From Candidatus Entotheonellaceae bacterium (GTDB lineage: Bacteria; Tectomicrobia; Entotheonellia; Entotheonellales; Entotheonellaceae): a stretch of 64,000 nucleotides of DNA. This document shows positions 60,294 to 64,000 of this stretch, one piece after another (within the stretch, counting starts at the first letter, position 1; every line of letters starts with the position of its first letter). The notes beneath the pieces were generated by a model. That model was not told the DNA's origin. It saw nothing but the letters and a program-made list of their open reading frames with translations, and made no database searches. The stretch is from assembly GCA_965238075.1 (NCBI GenBank), contig OZ250173.1:992001-1056000 (forward strand), read 5' to 3'. The position numbers were made by a program, and so were the translations under genes.

Positions 60294-61841
60294 ATGAACC
60301 TCAAGAAATTGGGAAGGACGTTTTGGGTTATCGCTGCCGTCGCGATGCTGGCGATGGTTCTTCAAGGATGCGGGGGTGACGACAACGGTGTTGACCAGTC
60401 CCTGCACGATACCGTGACGATGGAGCGCGACGGCTTGCAGATGCAGATTAATGCTCTGGTCGCCGCGCTTGGCGCGACGGACGTGGCGGGGGCGACGGAC
60501 GAAATCAGCAGCCTGCAAATGAGCCTGCAAGCGATTCAGGCCGCCCTCGGCACGACTGACCCCGCGATGGTGCAGAATCAGATCAGCCAGCTACAGGCTG
60601 ATCTCAAGAAGCTTCAGGACGCCGAGAAGGAGCGCATGGACACCGCGAACGATATGATGCAGGCGGCCATGATCGCAACGGCCGCGAAGCTGCATGCGGG
60701 GATCAGTGCGCCTGGCGGCACTGGGGCTGACACCCGTACCGCTGCCTATGGCACCGGCAACAACGCTAACAACATCGTGGTGACGATCGGCACTGCCACC
60801 CCCGTCAACCTGTCGGAAGACGACAAGACGATGGTTTACGACCTTCATGGCTGGGAAGGCAAGAGGTATACGGCCGAACCCGAAGACGACGGCATGTACG
60901 AGGCGGTTGTCTACTCGAATGTCGGCGAACTGACGATGGGGAAGAAGTTTGGGGGTGCTGCAGCAAACGACGAGTTCGAGTACGAACTAACGAATGGTAT
61001 GGTGTCTGTCGACACGTCTACGGCTGGGGTCCCGGCGAGAGTAGCTCTCGATGGCGTCACCCGGACCGCTGGCATGGAAACATTCAATTTGCCGGATCCG
61101 AATCCGGGCGGCGCGACGATGATCCTTGTCCCCGGCAGCTTTCATGGTGTGTCCGGCACCTACAGTTGCACGCCTAGCACTCCCGCCGACGGTTGCTCGG
61201 CTTCGGTAGCCGAAATGGGATTCACGCTTGCGGCCGGGGCCTGGACGTTCAAGCCCAGCGACCCGAACGCCAGGGTGACGGATACGCCGGACAACATTCA
61301 CGCCTCCTACGGCTGGTGGATCCACAAGGCCGAGAACGACGGCGACTTCACCGCCAGCGCATTCGTGTCGGATAAGGGTGACGTCCCCAACGCCTCCGGC
61401 ATCGACACCCTGATGGGGACGGCAACGTACATGGGCGGTGCTGCCGGCAAGTACGCCCTCAAAAGTTCGACCGGTGGAACGAACGACGCCGGCCACTTCA
61501 CCGCGCGGGCGATGCTTGAGGCCGATTTCAATGACGACATGATCACGGGCACCATCGACATGTTCATGGGTGCGGATGGTGAGATGAGGAACTGGTCGGT
61601 TGAGCTGATGGAGTCCGGAGTTAGTGCTACCGGGACAATTACCGGTTCAGATGGTGCAGGTGATCCCATGATGACGAAGTGGACCATCGACGGGACGGCC
61701 GCTGATGCCGCCGGCCAGTGGTCTGGAACCCTCCAAAACAATGGCGACGACGGTGTTCCGATGGTCGGGACTGGAACATTCTACTCGATGTTCGGTTCGG
61801 ATGGCCGCATGGTCGGCGCGTTCGGCGTGAACAGGCAGTAG
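60294..61841 (+). CDS. Surface lipoprotein with C-terminal TbpB-like beta-barrel (Slam cargo)
   Basis: GAGGAGG RBS; lipobox VLQGC; coiled coil; GTATYMGGAAGKY, ADF...ITGTID and terminal MVGAFGVNRQ. Confidence 0.8.
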   Translation: MNLKKLGRTFWVIAAVAMLAMVLQGCGGDDNGVDQSLHDTVTMERDGLQMQINALVAALGATDVAGATDEISSLQMSLQAIQAALGTTDPAMVQNQISQLQADLKKLQDAEKERMDTANDMMQAAMIATAAKLHAGISAPGGTGADTRTAAYGTGNNANNIVVTIGTATPVNLSEDDKTMVYDLHGWEGKRYTAEPEDDGMYEAVVYSNVGELTMGKKFGGAAANDEFEYELTNGMVSVDTSTAGVPARVALDGVTRTAGMETFNLPDPNPGGATMILVPGSFHGVSGTYSCTPSTPADGCSASVAEMGFTLAAGAWTFKPSDPNARVTDTPDNIHASYGWWIHKAENDGDFTASAFVSDKGDVPNASGIDTLMGTATYMGGAAGKYALKSSTGGTNDAGHFTARAMLEADFNDDMITGTIDMFMGADGEMRNWSVELMESGVSATGTITGSDGAGDPMMTKWTIDGTAADAAGQWSGTLQNNGDDGVPMVGTGTFYSMFGSDGRMVGAFGVNRQ

Positions 61842-61905
61842 ACGATCCGGGGACGGGGTCTCGCTCCCACGGAAAGCTGACCCCGGTCCCCAGCCTTCCA
61901 TATCC

Positions 61906-61936
61906 AGGGTGGCGCGAAGAGCGCCACCCTTTTTTT
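61906..61936 (+). terminator. Intrinsic terminator
   Basis: AGGGTGGCGC-GAAGA-GCGCCACCCT followed by a T-run; a second hairpin lies at about 61848-61891. Confidence 0.85.
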
Positions 61937-61962
61937 GTTCCCCCATTCCTTCAAGGACCGTG

Positions 61963-63363
61963 ATGCACTGCCGCTCCCTCTGCCACGCTTTCGCAATGGT
62001 CGCTTGCGTTCTGATGGCCGCCCCGGCCTGGGGCGCCGACCATGCGACCGATCCCCCGCCGCCGTCTGCCCCCGTGGAAGGCGCCGCCGCCGTTGGCGCC
62101 GTGCAGGCGCTGATCGATGCCGGCCGGTTCGAGGAGGCAATCGTCGCGCTGCGGCCGCTTCTCGAGCAGGAACCGGTCAACGTCAACGTACTCTTCCTCT
62201 ACGGCCTGGCGTCGCTGGAGGCGTCCCAGCGGCCTGGACGGACGGACGAGGACCGCGAGATCCTGCTCAACGAGGCCATCGCCGCCTTCCGCGCCATGCT
62301 GGTCAATGCGCCGGGTCTGGTGCGGGTGCGCCTGGAACTGGCGCGGGCGTTCTTCCTGAAGGGGCAGGACGGGCTGGCGCGGCGACACTTCGAGCTGGTG
62401 CTGGCCGGTGGGGTGCCGCCCGCGGTGGCCGCCAACATCCGGGCCTTCCTGAACGCCATGCAGACGCGCAAGCGCTTCACCGGCTACTTCGGCGCCGCGG
62501 TGGCGCCGGACAGCAACCTCAACGCCGCCTCCGAGAGCGAGATCATCTACATCGACACGACGTTCGGTCGACTGCCCTTCACGCGCCAGGGGGATTTCGG
62601 CGCCCGCTCCGGCCTGGGCGTCTCGGTGTGGGGCGGCGGCGAGTACCAGCATCCCCTGAGCAAGCGGCTACGGCTGCGGGTCGGCGCCGACCTGGCCAAA
62701 CGAGAATACAGCGGCAGCGATTTCGACCAGCTTTTCGTCGCCACCCACACCGGGCCGCGCTGGCTGGCGAGCCCGAGGACCGAGATCAGCCTGCTGGCCA
62801 CCGCGCAGCGCCAGTGGCTCGGCGGCATCCCGTACACGGACGAGACCGGCGCGCGCCTCGAACTCGACCGCCGGCTAACAGCGCGGCTGTGGGCGCGCGG
62901 CACCGCGGCGTACCGCGAGCGCGACCACCAGCAACGCGATTTTCTCGACGGCCCGGTGGTCGACTTCACCGCCACTTTCGCCTGGACGCCGGCGCCCGTG
63001 CTGCGGGTGCACATGACCGTCGGCTACGAGCGCGACCACGCGGCGTCGGAGCACTGGCGCAACCTGTCGCGCTGGGTACGGGTGGGCACCTCGCTCGCCC
63101 TGCCGCTGGGCTTCACCCTCGGCACCAGCGCCCAGGTGCGGCGGGTGTATTACGACGGCAGCGGCCGGGTGCACCATACGTTGCACGGCCGCAAGCGGCT
63201 GGACCGCACCCGCACGTTCACCCTCTCCGTGCTCAACCGCGCCTTCACCCTCTTTCGCTTCAGCCCCCAGCTGGCGCTCATCCACGAAGCCCGCCAGACC
63301 AACGCCCAGGCGCAGGACTTTGAACGCAACCGCGCCGAGCTGCGCTTCGTGCGGCAGTTCTGA
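61963..63363 (+). CDS. Surface lipoprotein assembly modulator (Slam, TPR + DUF560 barrel)
   Basis: Signal peptide, RVRLELARAFF, PPAVAANIRAFL, APDSNLNAAS, terminal ELRFVRQF. Confidence 0.88.
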   Translation: MHCRSLCHAFAMVACVLMAAPAWGADHATDPPPPSAPVEGAAAVGAVQALIDAGRFEEAIVALRPLLEQEPVNVNVLFLYGLASLEASQRPGRTDEDREILLNEAIAAFRAMLVNAPGLVRVRLELARAFFLKGQDGLARRHFELVLAGGVPPAVAANIRAFLNAMQTRKRFTGYFGAAVAPDSNLNAASESEIIYIDTTFGRLPFTRQGDFGARSGLGVSVWGGGEYQHPLSKRLRLRVGADLAKREYSGSDFDQLFVATHTGPRWLASPRTEISLLATAQRQWLGGIPYTDETGARLELDRRLTARLWARGTAAYRERDHQQRDFLDGPVVDFTATFAWTPAPVLRVHMTVGYERDHAASEHWRNLSRWVRVGTSLALPLGFTLGTSAQVRRVYYDGSGRVHHTLHGRKRLDRTRTFTLSVLNRAFTLFRFSPQLALIHEARQTNAQAQDFERNRAELRFVRQF

Positions 63364-63471
63364 GGCGCCTTGGCCTTCCGGTCTCGCCCGCGGCGCACGG
63401 TCGTCCGGCGGGCGGCAAAAAAGCGCCTGTCGGGTCGTGTCTCACTTTCAAATTTCCTCCTCGCACCAACC

Positions 63472-63590
63472 TCCCCCTCTCCCTAGCCCTCCCCCGCGGA
63501 GGGGGGAGGGGACCCGGACTGGGGAATTCTCCCTCTCCCTTGGCGGGAGAGAGCCCGCCCCCGCCTTGAACGGGGGTCGGAGTGAGGGGG
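63472..63590. repeat. Cluster of CCCTCTCCC-type palindromic repeats
   Basis: Two copies; the second carries a nested CCCCCG-CCTTGAA-CGGGGG hairpin. Confidence 0.7.
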
Positions 63591-64000
63591 AAACCGGCGC
63601 CGAACGACCGAACGTGCAACCCGTCTGGGGAGCACGTGAGCCAGTCTTTTCCAACTGAGACACTGCCGCCTGTGGCGTTGACGTTGCCGGGGCCCTTCTG
63701 ATACGGCCGCACTGGGGGCATTTCCTTCCTCAAATCCCGTGTTAAACTCTGAATTCGCTCCGTCCTGGCTTCCCCCTGGGATATGGTGTGATCAGGGCTT
63801 CGTTTTCCTGCCTGTTGTTTTCCGAGACGTGGCCTGCCAAGGCGAGCGCCAAAACAATTCGACACCGTTTCAATGTCGAAAATACCGCGTTAGTGAATAA
63901 AACCAGTCAGCCGGATAAGTGTCTCCGAGAACCGAAGGGATTCTGTCGTGAATTCGCATACTGTTGATCGGACAGAATCGGATTTTTGCAGACAGGCGGG

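Noticed and set aside
63600-64000. AT-richer terminal spacer with TTCGACA-N9-TGTCGAA inverted repeat
   Set aside because: Could be an operator for a gene beyond the window, but a single 7-bp inverted repeat without context is insufficient.

Overview
GC-rich bacterial chromosomal window, mostly housekeeping and metabolic genes: gltB (cut by the left edge), proA, speA, dapF, ltaE, murA, selA-selB, rluB, yicC-gmk-coaBC, udg, mrcA, a putative lpoA, khpA, manC and three LLM oxidoreductases. The mix of NHL, PaREP1, DUF1554, RFD coiled-coil and TbpB-like genes suggests a marine, possibly sponge-associated uncultured lineage (inference only). Main results: (1) two tandem selenoprotein genes that the ORF track misses or truncates (ArsC/Spx-like UTTC and glutaredoxin/NrdH-like UGPC), each with an in-frame UGA and an identically spaced SECIS-like hairpin; they converge on a ferredoxin:thioredoxin reductase gene, and selA-selB lie 16 kb away. 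(2) An unannotated, overlapping three-gene cassette (48.8-50.5 kb) with its own strong promoter, ending in an ADP-ribosyltransferase/RES-like gene; this is a candidate toxin-antitoxin-chaperone or defence module. (3) A Slam (type XI secretion) gene with a Met-rich TbpB-like lipoprotein cargo behind tandem promoters. (4) A 1080-aa membrane-anchored coiled-coil protein built from near-identical 306-bp and 249-bp repeats. (5) A duplicated, frameshifted NQRFD-repeat locus amid three families of short palindromic repeats. All family assignments come from motif recognition by eye; no searches were run.
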